DNA of 32,000 bases from Aliivibrio fischeri ES114. GTDB taxonomy: Bacteria > Pseudomonadota > Gammaproteobacteria > Enterobacterales > Vibrionaceae. Both the position numbers and the translations under genes were made by a program. The notes beneath the pieces are model-generated. The model searched no databases and had not been told where the DNA came from. It saw nothing but the letters and a program-made list of their open reading frames with translations. The stretch is from assembly GCF_000011805.1 (NCBI RefSeq), contig NC_006840.2; one strand, given 5' to 3'. Shown in pieces: positions 17,424 to 28,844 of this stretch. The first letter of the stretch is position 1. Each line of letters opens with the position of its first letter.

Positions 17424-18560
17424 ATGAAAAAAATAATTTATTTAATTACCTCTATATTAACAATGAGTTACATTGCACCGGCACATGCTGAGTGGTTTGA
17501 GGTAACAGGTTCAGCAAGTGTCTTAACCAGTAAAGATGCGGCAAGAGCTAATGCACTAGAAGATGCCGCTTATCAAGCAATGCTGTTTTCTGGGGCCGAT
17601 ATTAGCCGCCTAAAGGATCTTAAGATCTTTTTAGAGAATGATAATAAACGTTATCAATTTAGCGGTAGTGAAATTCGTAGCATCGAAGTGGTTAAAGAAA
17701 AGAAGAAAAACGACAAAATTTATATTACAGCTCGTATTGATATCTACCCTTCGGCAAACAGTTGCCATATAGGGCAATACAAGAAGACGTTTATGACGAG
17801 TGAAATCACGATTGACTCACCACAACAAGCGGTAATGGGTAAGGTATATCATTTAGGTGAAGACTTAAGTACGATATTTTCACGTCAATTAGATAAAGAA
17901 TCACAAAGCTTTGTATCAGTAGGTACTTCTCATATTCGTATTGATAAACGTCAACCAGAAGTCGCAAAAATGATAGCGGAAGATCATGGTGCTCAGTACA
18001 TATTTTCAGGAAGCATTACTGATTTAAGTGCCACGATTGAACAGAATTTACTAAAGAAAGATACCATTAACCGTCAATTTGCTATCGAAGTTGCTGTATT
18101 AGACGGTAAAACGGGTCAAACAATTTACAACAACAACTACCGTGAAGTTGCGCTATGGAACTTCCCTAAAACCAGTGAAGTAGATACACAGAGCGCACGT
18201 TTTTGGACTTCAGCTTATGGCGAAATGGTGTTAAGAGTTAACCGTGACATCATGCTTGATCTCGAAAATCAATTTGCTTGTAAAATGACACTGCCACAGG
18301 TTGTAAATATCAATAATAACCGTATTACAATGGATCTTGGTCGTATTCACGGTGTTAAGAAAGGCGATAAATTAGATCTTTGGCATACAGGTTCTTTTAT
18401 TGATCAAAATGGTCTACCACGTAATAAAGTGACTAAGACAAGTATAACGTTAACCGTAGATCGAGTGTATGAACAAAATGCGGATCTTGTTATTGATCAA
18501 CCACAGTTAATTAATAGCATTCAAATTGGCGATGTTATGCATAAAAACATAGCTGAATAA
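17424..18560 (+). CDS. flgT: Flagellar H-ring protein FlgT
   Basis: 378 aa; signal peptide; EWFEVTGSASVLTSKDAARANALEDAAYQAMLFSGADI; adjacent and divergent to flgOP. Confidence 0.9.
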   Translation: MKKIIYLITSILTMSYIAPAHAEWFEVTGSASVLTSKDAARANALEDAAYQAMLFSGADISRLKDLKIFLENDNKRYQFSGSEIRSIEVVKEKKKNDKIYITARIDIYPSANSCHIGQYKKTFMTSEITIDSPQQAVMGKVYHLGEDLSTIFSRQLDKESQSFVSVGTSHIRIDKRQPEVAKMIAEDHGAQYIFSGSITDLSATIEQNLLKKDTINRQFAIEVAVLDGKTGQTIYNNNYREVALWNFPKTSEVDTQSARFWTSAYGEMVLRVNRDIMLDLENQFACKMTLPQVVNINNNRITMDLGRIHGVKKGDKLDLWHTGSFIDQNGLPRNKVTKTSITLTVDRVYEQNADLVIDQPQLINSIQIGDVMHKNIAE

Positions 18561-18580
18561 ACCAATTTTCAACCTTTAAT

Positions 18581-18617
18581 CAATGAGGAACAGTGCCTAG
18601 CGTGTTGTTTCTCATTG
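18581..18617 (+). terminator. Intrinsic terminator after flgT
   Basis: CAATGAGGAACAGTGC / GTGTTGTTTCTCATTG: 16-bp stem with four G-T wobbles, 5-nt loop, followed by TTTTAT. Confidence 0.75.
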
Positions 18618-18701
18618 TTTTATGACTCTTACCAACGTTTTGCCTCCTTAGTTATTGTATTCTTAGTCAATAATTCAAATTCAATTTCAAATCAGAACGC
18701 A

Positions 18702-20153
18702 ATGCTAGGTTATTTTCACTTTATTATCGGTTGTTTTTTCTTACTGATAAGCTTCAATTCGTCTGCAACTTCAGTCATGTCCTCAGAATCTTGGCAAGAA
18801 GAATATCATTTAAACCGTATTGAGAATCCAAACAAAGCGCTTTCAATGCTAAACAATGTATATTCATCACTACCACCAAGTGCTGAACGTATTTTTACTG
18901 CAACAAGAATCCATGGATTTGTAACGCGCCGTGGTAACGTATATACCTCCCCACTAAAAAATAATACAACGAATATTTATGATCACATTGAATCATTAAT
19001 CTTATTATCTATGGACTTAGAAGATAATGGAGATTATAAACAAGCTCTTCAGCAAATTAAGAAAGCTCAGTTAAAATCAAAAAATTTAAATGACTTAGAT
19101 TTAAATAGCTTGTTATCTATTAAACAGTGTCGTTCAAACCTAGCTTTAGGAAATTATTATCTCGCAGAGTTTTACTGCCAATCAGCAATAAAGCATTTAG
19201 AAAAAACAAAAGATCATTATATCGATATTAAATGGGCGTATCGCTTATTAGCTTTAAGCTACCAAGGCGTGAGTGATTTTAAATCCGCATTAAAAGCCAA
19301 TGAAAAAGCATTATCTCTAAGCAAAAGTTATGAATTAAACGATACTATTTATAATAATATTAGCTCGTTATTACTACAGATGGGACAATTAAAAGAAGCA
19401 GAGAAATATGCGAAAAAAGCACTAAAAATAAGAGAAAAGCGTCAAATCAGCCAAAAAATTGCCCAATCACATATTGTTCTCGCACAAATATATTTAAAAT
19501 CATCGCAATACGTTCACGCGAAATCGTGTGCAAATTTCGCTATAGCACAACTCAATGACAATACAGCTAATGCGCAAACTCTTAGTCGAGCATACTTAAC
19601 ATTAGCAGCAGTTCTAAATAAACAAAGTTATTATGATGAAGCTATTGAATATCTACTACTCACATTAAAACAATTAGACAACAATTCAAATTCCGACTTA
19701 CTTATCAATACTTACCAGCTACTTAGCAGTGCTTATTTAAAACATGAAAACTCAAATAAAGCATTAGACTACATATCAATTGCTATTGATAAATCTCTAC
19801 AATCCCAGAACCAACAAGCATTAGCAAATTCATATCTCATAAAATCAGATATAGAAGAATTTACTGGTGATATAAAAGCTGCTCTTATTACTCGTAAGCT
19901 ATATGAAAATGTTATCAAAAAAGTTCATGCTCTAAATGATGGTAATAAAGATATGACGTTAGAATTACGTAATATTTTGATTGAGAAAGAAAAAGAGAAA
20001 CTGAATAATTTAAAAGAGAAACATCAACAAATAGTTGAAATTAATAAAGAAAAGCAACACAAACTTTTATTTCAAGTTACTGTTATTATTCTAATTTTAA
20101 TCATATACCTAATATTACGTATTCGATGGTTTCCTATGCATAAGCCAAATTAA
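18702..20153 (+). CDS. Secreted/membrane-anchored tetratricopeptide-repeat protein, coiled coil plus C-terminal TM, no output domain; function unknown
   Basis: From M at 18702: signal-like MLGYFHFIIGCFFLLISFNSSATS; several TPR-like units (e.g. DFKSALKANEKALSLSKSYELNDTIYNNISSLLLQMGQLKEAEKYAKKALKI); charged helix EKEKEKLNNLKEKHQQIVEINKEKQHK; TM LLFQVTVIILILIIYLIL; then RIRWFPMHKPN-stop. The ORF-track start (18615) lies inside the flgT terminator. Confidence 0.82.
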   Translation: MLGYFHFIIGCFFLLISFNSSATSVMSSESWQEEYHLNRIENPNKALSMLNNVYSSLPPSAERIFTATRIHGFVTRRGNVYTSPLKNNTTNIYDHIESLILLSMDLEDNGDYKQALQQIKKAQLKSKNLNDLDLNSLLSIKQCRSNLALGNYYLAEFYCQSAIKHLEKTKDHYIDIKWAYRLLALSYQGVSDFKSALKANEKALSLSKSYELNDTIYNNISSLLLQMGQLKEAEKYAKKALKIREKRQISQKIAQSHIVLAQIYLKSSQYVHAKSCANFAIAQLNDNTANAQTLSRAYLTLAAVLNKQSYYDEAIEYLLLTLKQLDNNSNSDLLINTYQLLSSAYLKHENSNKALDYISIAIDKSLQSQNQQALANSYLIKSDIEEFTGDIKAALITRKLYENVIKKVHALNDGNKDMTLELRNILIEKEKEKLNNLKEKHQQIVEINKEKQHKLLFQVTVIILILIIYLILRIRWFPMHKPN

Positions 20154-20234
20154 TGATCTATATTTAAATGTAGCAACGGATATGCATACAAAAAGTCGTA
20201 AGGAAAAATCAATTATTTTATTGAGGTCTTAACG

Positions 20235-20408
20235 ATGAAATACACATTATTAGCAATTCTTTTATCCATTTCTTCGTTTAATATATTTGCTTATGGTGGT
20301 GCCACAGAAGTGGGGCCAAAAGTATCCTGTGAGCTACCAGATGGAACAGTATCAGAAACTTATTTACTATTATGTAAAGGTAACGGTGGTACCGTTAAAG
20401 TGGATTAA
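20235..20408 (+). CDS. Small secreted-type peptide, 57 aa, two cysteines in the predicted mature part; absent from the ORF track
   Basis: MKYTLLAILLSISSFNIFAYGGATEVGPKVSCELPDGTVSETYLLLCKGNGGTVKVD*; Shine-Dalgarno-like GAGG at 20224-20227; Sec-type signal peptide pattern ending FA; no terminator seen between it and the TPR gene. Confidence 0.65.
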   Translation: MKYTLLAILLSISSFNIFAYGGATEVGPKVSCELPDGTVSETYLLLCKGNGGTVKVD

Positions 20409-20471
20409 ATAAAGTATTAATCAATAGCAATGACTAAGTAATTACTGAAAAAGTAAAAACGCAAAGCATAA

Positions 20472-20498
20472 AAAAACCGCTGAATAACAGCGGTTTTT
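20472..20498. terminator. Bidirectional terminator between the small peptide gene and gltX
   Basis: AAAAACCGCTG-aataa-CAGCGGTTTTT. Confidence 0.85.
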
Positions 20499-20517
20499 AT
20501 CCAAAATATAAGCAGGA

Positions 20518-21942
20518 TTATGCGTTAGCTTCACGCTCTGCAATAAATGCTAATGCCATCTTGATGCGAGCAACAACACGCTCTTTACCAACTAATTGCA
20601 TAACAGCATCTACTGATGGTGATTGACCACCGCCAGTTACTGCAACACGTAGAGGCATACCAATTTTGCCCATGCCGATCTCTAACTCAGCACACACTTC
20701 TTCAATCACATTGTGAAGATTTTCAGTAGTCCACTCTTCTAGCGCTTCCACTTTAGCTAAAGCAAGCTCTAATGGGCCTTTAGCAACACCACGTAAGTGT
20801 TTTTTAGCTGCACCAGCTTCAAACTCTTCGAAATCTTGGTAGAAATAACGAGATTGATCAGCTAATTCGATCAGCGTATTGCAACGCTCACCCACTAGCT
20901 TAATAACTTCAGTAATTGCAGGACCATTATCTAAAGAGATTTCTTTTTGATCTAAGTGCCATTGTAGGTATTTTGCAACATACTCAGGCTCTGATGATTT
21001 AATGTAGTGGTTGTTTAACCATAACAATTTATCAGTGTTGAATGCTGATGCTGATTTACTTACTGCGCTTAAACTAAATAGATTAATCATCTCTTCTTGA
21101 GAGAAAATCTCTTGATCACCATGAGACCAACCTAAACGTACTAAGTAGTTATTCAGTGCGTTTGGTAGGTAACCTTCATCACGGTATTGCATTACAGATA
21201 CCGCACCATGACGCTTAGACAGTTTTGCGCCATCATCGCCAAGGATCATTGCACAGTGTGCAAACATAGGTACAGGAGCACCTAATGCTTCATAAATATT
21301 GATTTGACGAGGCGTGTTATTGATATGGTCTTCACCACGAATAACTTGAGTAATACCCATATCCCAGTCATCAACCACTACTACGAAGTTGTATGTTGGA
21401 GCACCATCAGTACGACGAATGATTAAGTCATCTAACTGGCTATTTGAGATTTCGATGCGGCCACGAATTTGGTCATCAAATACTACCGAACCTTCTTTTG
21501 GGTTACGGAAGCGAATTACACATGCATCACCTTCTTTTGCAGCCGCATTCGCAGCAACAATTTTAGGATGGTTTGCATCGTAACGAGCCATTTCTTTGTT
21601 TGCTTCTTGCTCTGCACGAATTTCATCTAGCAGTTCTTTTGATGCATAACATTTGTATGCTTTATCTTCAGCAAGCAGTTGGTCAACAACTTCATTGTAA
21701 CGGTCAAAACGCTTAGATTGGTAATATGGACCTTCATCCCATTCCATACCCATCCAGTGCATACCTTCAATAATAGCGTCTACCGCTTCTTGAGAGTTAC
21801 GCTCTAGATCCGTATCTTCGATACGTAGAACAAATTCGCCACCTTGGTTTTTAGCAAAAAGCCATGAGTAAAGTGCTGTACGAGCACCACCAACGTGAAG
21901 ATAGCCTGTTGGGCTTGGAGCAAAACGAGTTTTAACCGTCAT
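20518..21942 (-). CDS. gltX: Glutamyl-tRNA synthetase
   Basis: 474 aa; [26 protein letters not shown] (HIGH-type motif) and [11 protein letters not shown] (KMSKS-type motif). Confidence 0.98.
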   Translation of the reverse strand: MTVKTRFAPSPTGYLHVGGARTALYSWLFAKNQGGEFVLRIEDTDLERNSQEAVDAIIEGMHWMGMEWDEGPYYQSKRFDRYNEVVDQLLAEDKAYKCYASKELLDEIRAEQEANKEMARYDANHPKIVAANAAAKEGDACVIRFRNPKEGSVVFDDQIRGRIEISNSQLDDLIIRRTDGAPTYNFVVVVDDWDMGITQVIRGEDHINNTPRQINIYEALGAPVPMFAHCAMILGDDGAKLSKRHGAVSVMQYRDEGYLPNALNNYLVRLGWSHGDQEIFSQEEMINLFSLSAVSKSASAFNTDKLLWLNNHYIKSSEPEYVAKYLQWHLDQKEISLDNGPAITEVIKLVGERCNTLIELADQSRYFYQDFEEFEAGAAKKHLRGVAKGPLELALAKVEALEEWTTENLHNVIEEVCAELEIGMGKIGMPLRVAVTGGGQSPSVDAVMQLVGKERVVARIKMALAFIAEREANA

Positions 21943-22066
21943 TGTTATTACCTTTTTGAAGAGGTTGAGCTGAATCTGTCAGCACCACATAATTTGTGCG
22001 CTATTTTAGCACTATAAGGTAATTCTACAATGGGAAAGAGAGACTGTGTCTAATTTAAAAAATAGA

Positions 22067-22099
22067 AAAAGTGGTTAAGCGACTTACTCAACCACTTTT
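22067..22099. terminator. Intrinsic terminator between gltX and the lipoprotein gene
   Basis: AAAAGTGGTT ... AACCACTTTT. Confidence 0.65.
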
Positions 22100-22111
22100 A
22101 AAATTCAAAAA

Positions 22112-22930
22112 TTATTTATTTAACAACCAAGTTAAGATTTGAGCTCTATCTTCAGTAGAGGCCTTTTCATACCAGTAGCTCAACATTTCTACTGATTTAG
22201 AACCAGATTTTAATTGCGTACTGATTGATTTTCTATTTGCAAACGCCCACTCAGTAAATTGCTCTTGTTCTGCAACAGTTGCTTCATCAAACCAATATTT
22301 ACTCATTTCTACTGGTTTCGAATCTTTTGATTCTACTTTTATTTCAGCCGCAGGTTGCTGCACTGCTGATGGAGTATGTTCAAGCTGAAGCGTTTTCTCA
22401 TTTAGCACGGCTTGAAAATAGCCAGCAGGAATAGTGAAAGATAATTTAGAAAGATCGTTTTGAGTTTTAACTACGTAAGTTAATCCTGTTTTTGCTGATG
22501 AAACAATCTCTTCGTTATCAATAGGGAACGTAAAGTATTGAGTTGATGTGCAGTGCTCTGAACATGATTCCGTCGATACTGAATAAGGTTTTATTTTGCG
22601 TTCTTCATTATTAATAAACACAGAATCATACGCATAACTTGTTTTAAAATAACTTAGCTCTACAGCCATATACGATGATGGTGCTTTTCTTCCACCAGTA
22701 GGGTAAATAGCAACAAGTTGTGATGTATTTTTTAAAGAACTAGCCCCAACACTTTTATTTTCAATTGGAACAATATCCTTCGCTTCAATTGATACATAAT
22801 TAAACTTTCGAGTAACTTCTTCGATTGCATCAGAAAAATCATCATCACTCGATAATGTTGAGCATCCACTCAGTAATAATATGCTAATTCCAACAACTTT
22901 TTTATACATTTTATACACCTTAAATTTCAA
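22112..22930 (-). CDS. Uncharacterised lipoprotein with a duplicated C-terminal motif
   Basis: 272 aa; signal/lipobox SILLLSGCS; repeats VEMSKYWFDEATVAEQEQFTEWAFANRK and VEMLSYWYEKASTEDRAQILTWLLNK. Confidence 0.8.
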   Translation of the reverse strand: MKFKVYKMYKKVVGISILLLSGCSTLSSDDDFSDAIEEVTRKFNYVSIEAKDIVPIENKSVGASSLKNTSQLVAIYPTGGRKAPSSYMAVELSYFKTSYAYDSVFINNEERKIKPYSVSTESCSEHCTSTQYFTFPIDNEEIVSSAKTGLTYVVKTQNDLSKLSFTIPAGYFQAVLNEKTLQLEHTPSAVQQPAAEIKVESKDSKPVEMSKYWFDEATVAEQEQFTEWAFANRKSISTQLKSGSKSVEMLSYWYEKASTEDRAQILTWLLNK

Positions 22931-22944
22931 ATGCTCTTAAAATA

Positions 22945-22971
22945 AAAACGCCAGCAATTCGCTAGCGTTTT
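22945..22971 (-). terminator. Intrinsic terminator after the porin gene
   Basis: Minus strand AAAACGCTAGC-GAATT-GCTGGCGTTTT followed by TATTTT. Confidence 0.7.
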
Positions 22972-22997
22972 AAAGATTAACTAAGTAACAGTATACC

Positions 22998-24050
22998 TTA
23001 GAAACCGTACTCTAAACCTACACGAGTTACGATATCAGTATCTTTATCTCCTACAGTACGACCAGCTACACGTAGGTATGGAACAAAACCATTATGCACA
23101 TACATTACTTGCCCTGAAATTGTATTCGAATCCAAAGATTCTTCTTTTAGTCCAACCGTTTTTATTCCATCAGCATCTAAGTTAGCAGCATAACCAACTT
23201 TAAAACCTAATGAATCAAGCCAATACTGACCAATTACAGAAAAAGACCCTTGATCTACATTTTCACCAGAAACCGCTACACCCGCAGCATTTTTGCCAGA
23301 GAATTTATCTACACTTTCTTGTTTATATGCGCCAGCTAAACTAAAGCCACCAGGTAAACCTACTTCAGCACCAACTAAATAAGTTAAATTATCATTATCA
23401 TCAACACCGCGGAAATCAGAACCACCTTCAACAGCACCCATTAATGTTACTGTGCTGATTGTATATTTCACATTACCACTGAAAAAACGAGAATCACGAG
23501 TTGCAGAACCACTTGGGTTTCCATCACGACCAGCAGAAAGAGCAAATGTTAAACCACCAAAATTAGGAGAGTCGTAACGAACTTGGTTTGATTGACGATC
23601 ATAGTGAGCATTTACACCACCCCAATCAAATACAGAACCTAAACCAGGGTTAGAGAAAGGCCAGTCAATAATTTCATATAAAGGTGTAAGTACACGACCT
23701 GCACGCAAATTACCCCAATCACCAGAAAGACCTAGGTAAGTATCACGAGCACCTAACTCTCCACCTTGCCAGCTATCTACATAACCAGACTCAATTTGCA
23801 TTGTAACTAATACATTTTCAAACATTTCTTTATGTGCACGAAAACCAATTCGAGATTCATTTTCTAATACATAACCGTTTGTACCATCGCCATTACCAGT
23901 TGTATTGTAGTTAACAGTAGACATTGCTGCCACACCGTACACTTCAACATTAAAGTCAGAGTTAATACCAACTTCTTTTGCTGTTACACCAGCAGATGCT
24001 AAAGCAACAGCTGCGCCTAATAACGTTGTTTTAAAAAATTTGTTTTCCAT
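22998..24050 (-). CDS. Gram-negative general porin (OmpU-like)
   Basis: 350 aa; signal peptide MENKFFKTTLLGAAVALASAGVTA; EVYGVAAMSTVNYN...ESRIGFRAHKEMFENVLVTMQIESGY...LSGDWGNLRAGRVLTPLY; C-terminal YEF. Confidence 0.9.
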   Translation of the reverse strand: MENKFFKTTLLGAAVALASAGVTAKEVGINSDFNVEVYGVAAMSTVNYNTTGNGDGTNGYVLENESRIGFRAHKEMFENVLVTMQIESGYVDSWQGGELGARDTYLGLSGDWGNLRAGRVLTPLYEIIDWPFSNPGLGSVFDWGGVNAHYDRQSNQVRYDSPNFGGLTFALSAGRDGNPSGSATRDSRFFSGNVKYTISTVTLMGAVEGGSDFRGVDDNDNLTYLVGAEVGLPGGFSLAGAYKQESVDKFSGKNAAGVAVSGENVDQGSFSVIGQYWLDSLGFKVGYAANLDADGIKTVGLKEESLDSNTISGQVMYVHNGFVPYLRVAGRTVGDKDTDIVTRVGLEYGF

Positions 24051-24087
24051 GGAATAAAGCTCCTAAAAATGGATATAGCTGTGTTCA

Positions 24088-24129
24088 TTATTTATTGGCT
24101 TTAAGTTGGCCGCCGAAAGCAATAAATAA
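24088..24129 (-). promoter_or_regulatory. Hairpin in the putative 5' leader of the porin mRNA
   Basis: Plus strand TTATTTATTGGCTTT (24088-24102) / AAAGCAATAAATAA (24116-24129): 14 bp with a 1-nt bulge. Confidence 0.65.
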
Positions 24130-24529
24130 ATCTCCTCATTCACACAATTTTTAAATCAGAAAAGGAAAATTCAAAAATTGTAATTACCTTATATTTTTTC
24201 CTGCATACACTCCGTGCATCCATGAATAAAGACTAAACTTTCATAAAAAAACATAAAACAAAAACTTAATTTCCAATAAAAAAAATATGAGCGAGCGCAA
24301 ACTTCTTTCGTGTTAGTGATTAAGATCAAATTAAATAGATTAAAAAATATAAAAAACAGCGTTAAATATATAAAACAGTCACTTATAAATATAAAAAAAT
24401 ACTCAATGCGACTGAGATCTCTATATTTTGAAAGGAAAAGAAAAAACCAACTTTAATTTGTCGACATAGATAAGTCATTAATAATTCACTTTAAACAAAC
24501 CAAAAATAATTTAATATTTTTACCAATAA

Positions 24530-24557
24530 AAAAAGGAGCCATATAAGGCTCCTTTTT
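24530..24557 (-). terminator. Intrinsic terminator after ligA
   Basis: Minus strand AAAAAGGAGCC-TTATAT-GGCTCCTTTTTTT. Confidence 0.85.
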
Positions 24558-24577
24558 AATAACCGAAATTATTAGTC

Positions 24578-26587
<2,010 letters not shown>

Positions 26588-26675
26588 TCATCAACTTCTT
26601 ATTCGGTTGTTCTTAAAATAAAAAAAAGGCTCATGATGAGCCTTTCTCATTAATCCTAATTCTATAGTAGATATT

Positions 26676-27677
26676 CTATTTACGGCAGAATACTTTTACG
26701 CGCTGCTTATATTCATCAATTTTATTTGGTGTCAGCATATCGCGTTTCTCATCCAGAACGTTACCACCTAATTCTGAACTTATCATTTGAGCCGTTTGCA
26801 ACATCAATTTAAAGTTATGCTCAGCATCGCCATAACATGGAAGCGGTAAGAAGAACGAAATCCCAGGAGTTGAGAACTCTTCACCTTCAGGGACTTGGAA
26901 ATGCCCAGGAGATACCATATTCGCGACACTAAATAGTACTTTCCCAGCTCCAGATAAATCTGAATGGCGGTGATAAATAGCCATATCACCAAATACAAGT
27001 CCATTTTGCTCTAAGCTATTGAAGAGACGATTACCACTGAATCTATCACTTCCCATACCATGGACATTAATTACAATAACATCCTCTTCTAGTTCTGGTT
27101 CTGGTTCTGGTTCTGGTTCTTCAATAATAATTTCAGGTTCTAAATAAGTCGATGTTTCAGGAATATCGACCTTAGCTTGCACAGGCTCTGGTTGAGTTAA
27201 CACCTCATCATCAATAGCAGAAAAAGAGATGGTTGGTTCTTCCCTTTTAACTGGTGCAGCAACAGGCTTAGCTTCTGGTTCAATACGACCTACTGTTGGC
27301 TCTTGTACTTGCTGTACAACCGGTTGTGGTTGTGGTTGTGGTTGAGCTTGCTGTACCGTTGGTTTTTCTTGTTGTGTAAACTTATTTGATTCAGACGAAA
27401 CCGTACCTTCAAATAATGGGTCATCAGAAGTAGGAACCTCTTCTCGAGCAAAAGCGGGCTCTTTTCGCTCTTTCTGAACAACCACGTCTTCTTTTGGTTG
27501 ATCAAACCCACGCATAGGAGCAGCTTGTTCATCATCAACGTCTGAATCAAAATCTATGTCTACTTTCTTTCCAAATTTTGAGCTCGTTTCTTTTCGACTT
27601 GTCCACAAGCCATGAAACAATAATGCCGCAATGGCCAATGCTCCAACAAGTATCAACACTAATCGCAATTCTTGCAT
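26676..27677 (-). CDS. zipA: Cell division protein ZipA (ORF track starts at 27752; MQELRLVLILVG at 27677 is the likely start)
   Basis: N-term TM MQELRLVLILVGALAIAALLFHGLW, P/Q-rich linker, C-terminal FtsZ-binding domain (LFNSLEQNGLVFGDMAIYHRHSD...FSVANMVSPGHF). Confidence 0.94.
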   Translation of the reverse strand: MQELRLVLILVGALAIAALLFHGLWTSRKETSSKFGKKVDIDFDSDVDDEQAAPMRGFDQPKEDVVVQKERKEPAFAREEVPTSDDPLFEGTVSSESNKFTQQEKPTVQQAQPQPQPQPVVQQVQEPTVGRIEPEAKPVAAPVKREEPTISFSAIDDEVLTQPEPVQAKVDIPETSTYLEPEIIIEEPEPEPEPELEEDVIVINVHGMGSDRFSGNRLFNSLEQNGLVFGDMAIYHRHSDLSGAGKVLFSVANMVSPGHFQVPEGEEFSTPGISFFLPLPCYGDAEHNFKLMLQTAQMISSELGGNVLDEKRDMLTPNKIDEYKQRVKVFCRK

Positions 27678-27961
27678 CGTTAACTCTCTGCTCTTCTGCT
27701 TTATTGAGCTTTCTCTTAAATTAAAAATAAGAAAGCTTATATCAACTATCATATGAATGTAGTTTAGTTATTATCACTAATCTACCACTACTTTCCTGTA
27801 ATGTACCAAATAATAACCCTATTGTTGAATAACAAAATGAAAGTGGTGACATAAATCTTACATTTGAACTGTTTAGTGGAACTTTATTTGCTCATATTTC
27901 ATTTATTTGTCTCAATTTTTGAGTATAGTGAACTCAACATCCACACAGTAAAATACAAATT

Positions 27962-28714
27962 ATGAATTCGTTTAAACAATCTCAATCTGGGGTTCAATAC
28001 TTTTTAAAAGGCATTTCATTAGCAATGACACCAGGCTTGCGTCGATTTGTTTTTATCCCTTTATTGATTAATTTCTTATTGCTTGGTGGCTCTTTTATTT
28101 ATTTATTTAATCAAATTGGTAGTTGGATTGACCAAATTCTAGCTCAAATACCAAGTTGGTTAGATTGGTTATCTTATTTGTTGTGGCCTTTAATTGTCAT
28201 CAGTATATTAGCCGTCTTCTCATACTTCTTTAGTACATTAGCGAACTGGATTGCCGCTCCTTTTAATGGATTACTTGCTGAACATCTTGAAGCAAAACTA
28301 ACAGGACAACCTGCACCAAGTGGCGGAGTGTTAGATGCGGTAAAAGACTTGCCTCGCATCTTCAAACGTGAATGGCAAAAGTTGAAATACTACATACCTA
28401 AAGCATTAGGCCTATTTATTCTCTTTTTTATCCCTGCAATAGGTCAAAGCATTGCACCTGTTTTATGGTTTTTATTTACCGCTTGGATGATGGCTATTCA
28501 ATATTGTGACTACCCATTTGATAATCATAAAGTTCCATTTGAAACAATGAGAGATGAACTTAAAACAAAGCGTGGGAAATGTTTATCCTTTGGTTCGCTT
28601 GTAACACTTTTTACCATGACACCAATCCTAAACCTATTTGTTATGCCAATCGCAGTTTGTGGTGCGACCGCTATGTGGGTTGATGTTTACCGTGATACAC
28701 ATAAAAACCGTTAA
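27962..28714 (+). CDS. cysZ: Sulfate transporter CysZ
   Basis: 250 aa membrane protein; [55 protein letters not shown]; upstream of cysK. Confidence 0.93.
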   Translation: MNSFKQSQSGVQYFLKGISLAMTPGLRRFVFIPLLINFLLLGGSFIYLFNQIGSWIDQILAQIPSWLDWLSYLLWPLIVISILAVFSYFFSTLANWIAAPFNGLLAEHLEAKLTGQPAPSGGVLDAVKDLPRIFKREWQKLKYYIPKALGLFILFFIPAIGQSIAPVLWFLFTAWMMAIQYCDYPFDNHKVPFETMRDELKTKRGKCLSFGSLVTLFTMTPILNLFVMPIAVCGATAMWVDVYRDTHKNR

Positions 28715-28844
28715 TCCATAACTTATAACCTTTTGATCCTTTCTCAATTTAAAAACTCTTCGTATTCTAGTTGTGTTGAGTTACTCAAATTGAGTTAAAA
28801 ATAATTTATATAATCACGTTGAGCGTGAAATGAAGGAACAGATC

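Noticed and set aside
18615-18701. N-terminal extension MFYDSYQRFASLVIVFLVNNSNSISNQNA of the TPR ORF
   Set aside because: Its start codon lies within the 3' end of the flgT terminator stem; the internal Met at 18702 gives a cleaner signal sequence. The upstream start cannot be strictly excluded.
16597-21583. Plus-strand ORFs 16597..16845 and 21389..21583
   Set aside because: Antisense to flgO and gltX respectively; no independent coding evidence.
26804-28365. ORFs 26804..27004, 27290..27550 (plus) and 28174..28365 (minus)
   Set aside because: Antisense to zipA and cysZ; compositions reflect the complement of the P/Q-rich linker.
28783-28827. Small inverted repeats ACTCAA-A-TTGAGT and TCACG-TTGAG-CGTGA upstream of cysK
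   Set aside because: Short arms, could be chance; not enough evidence to call a regulator site or riboswitch.
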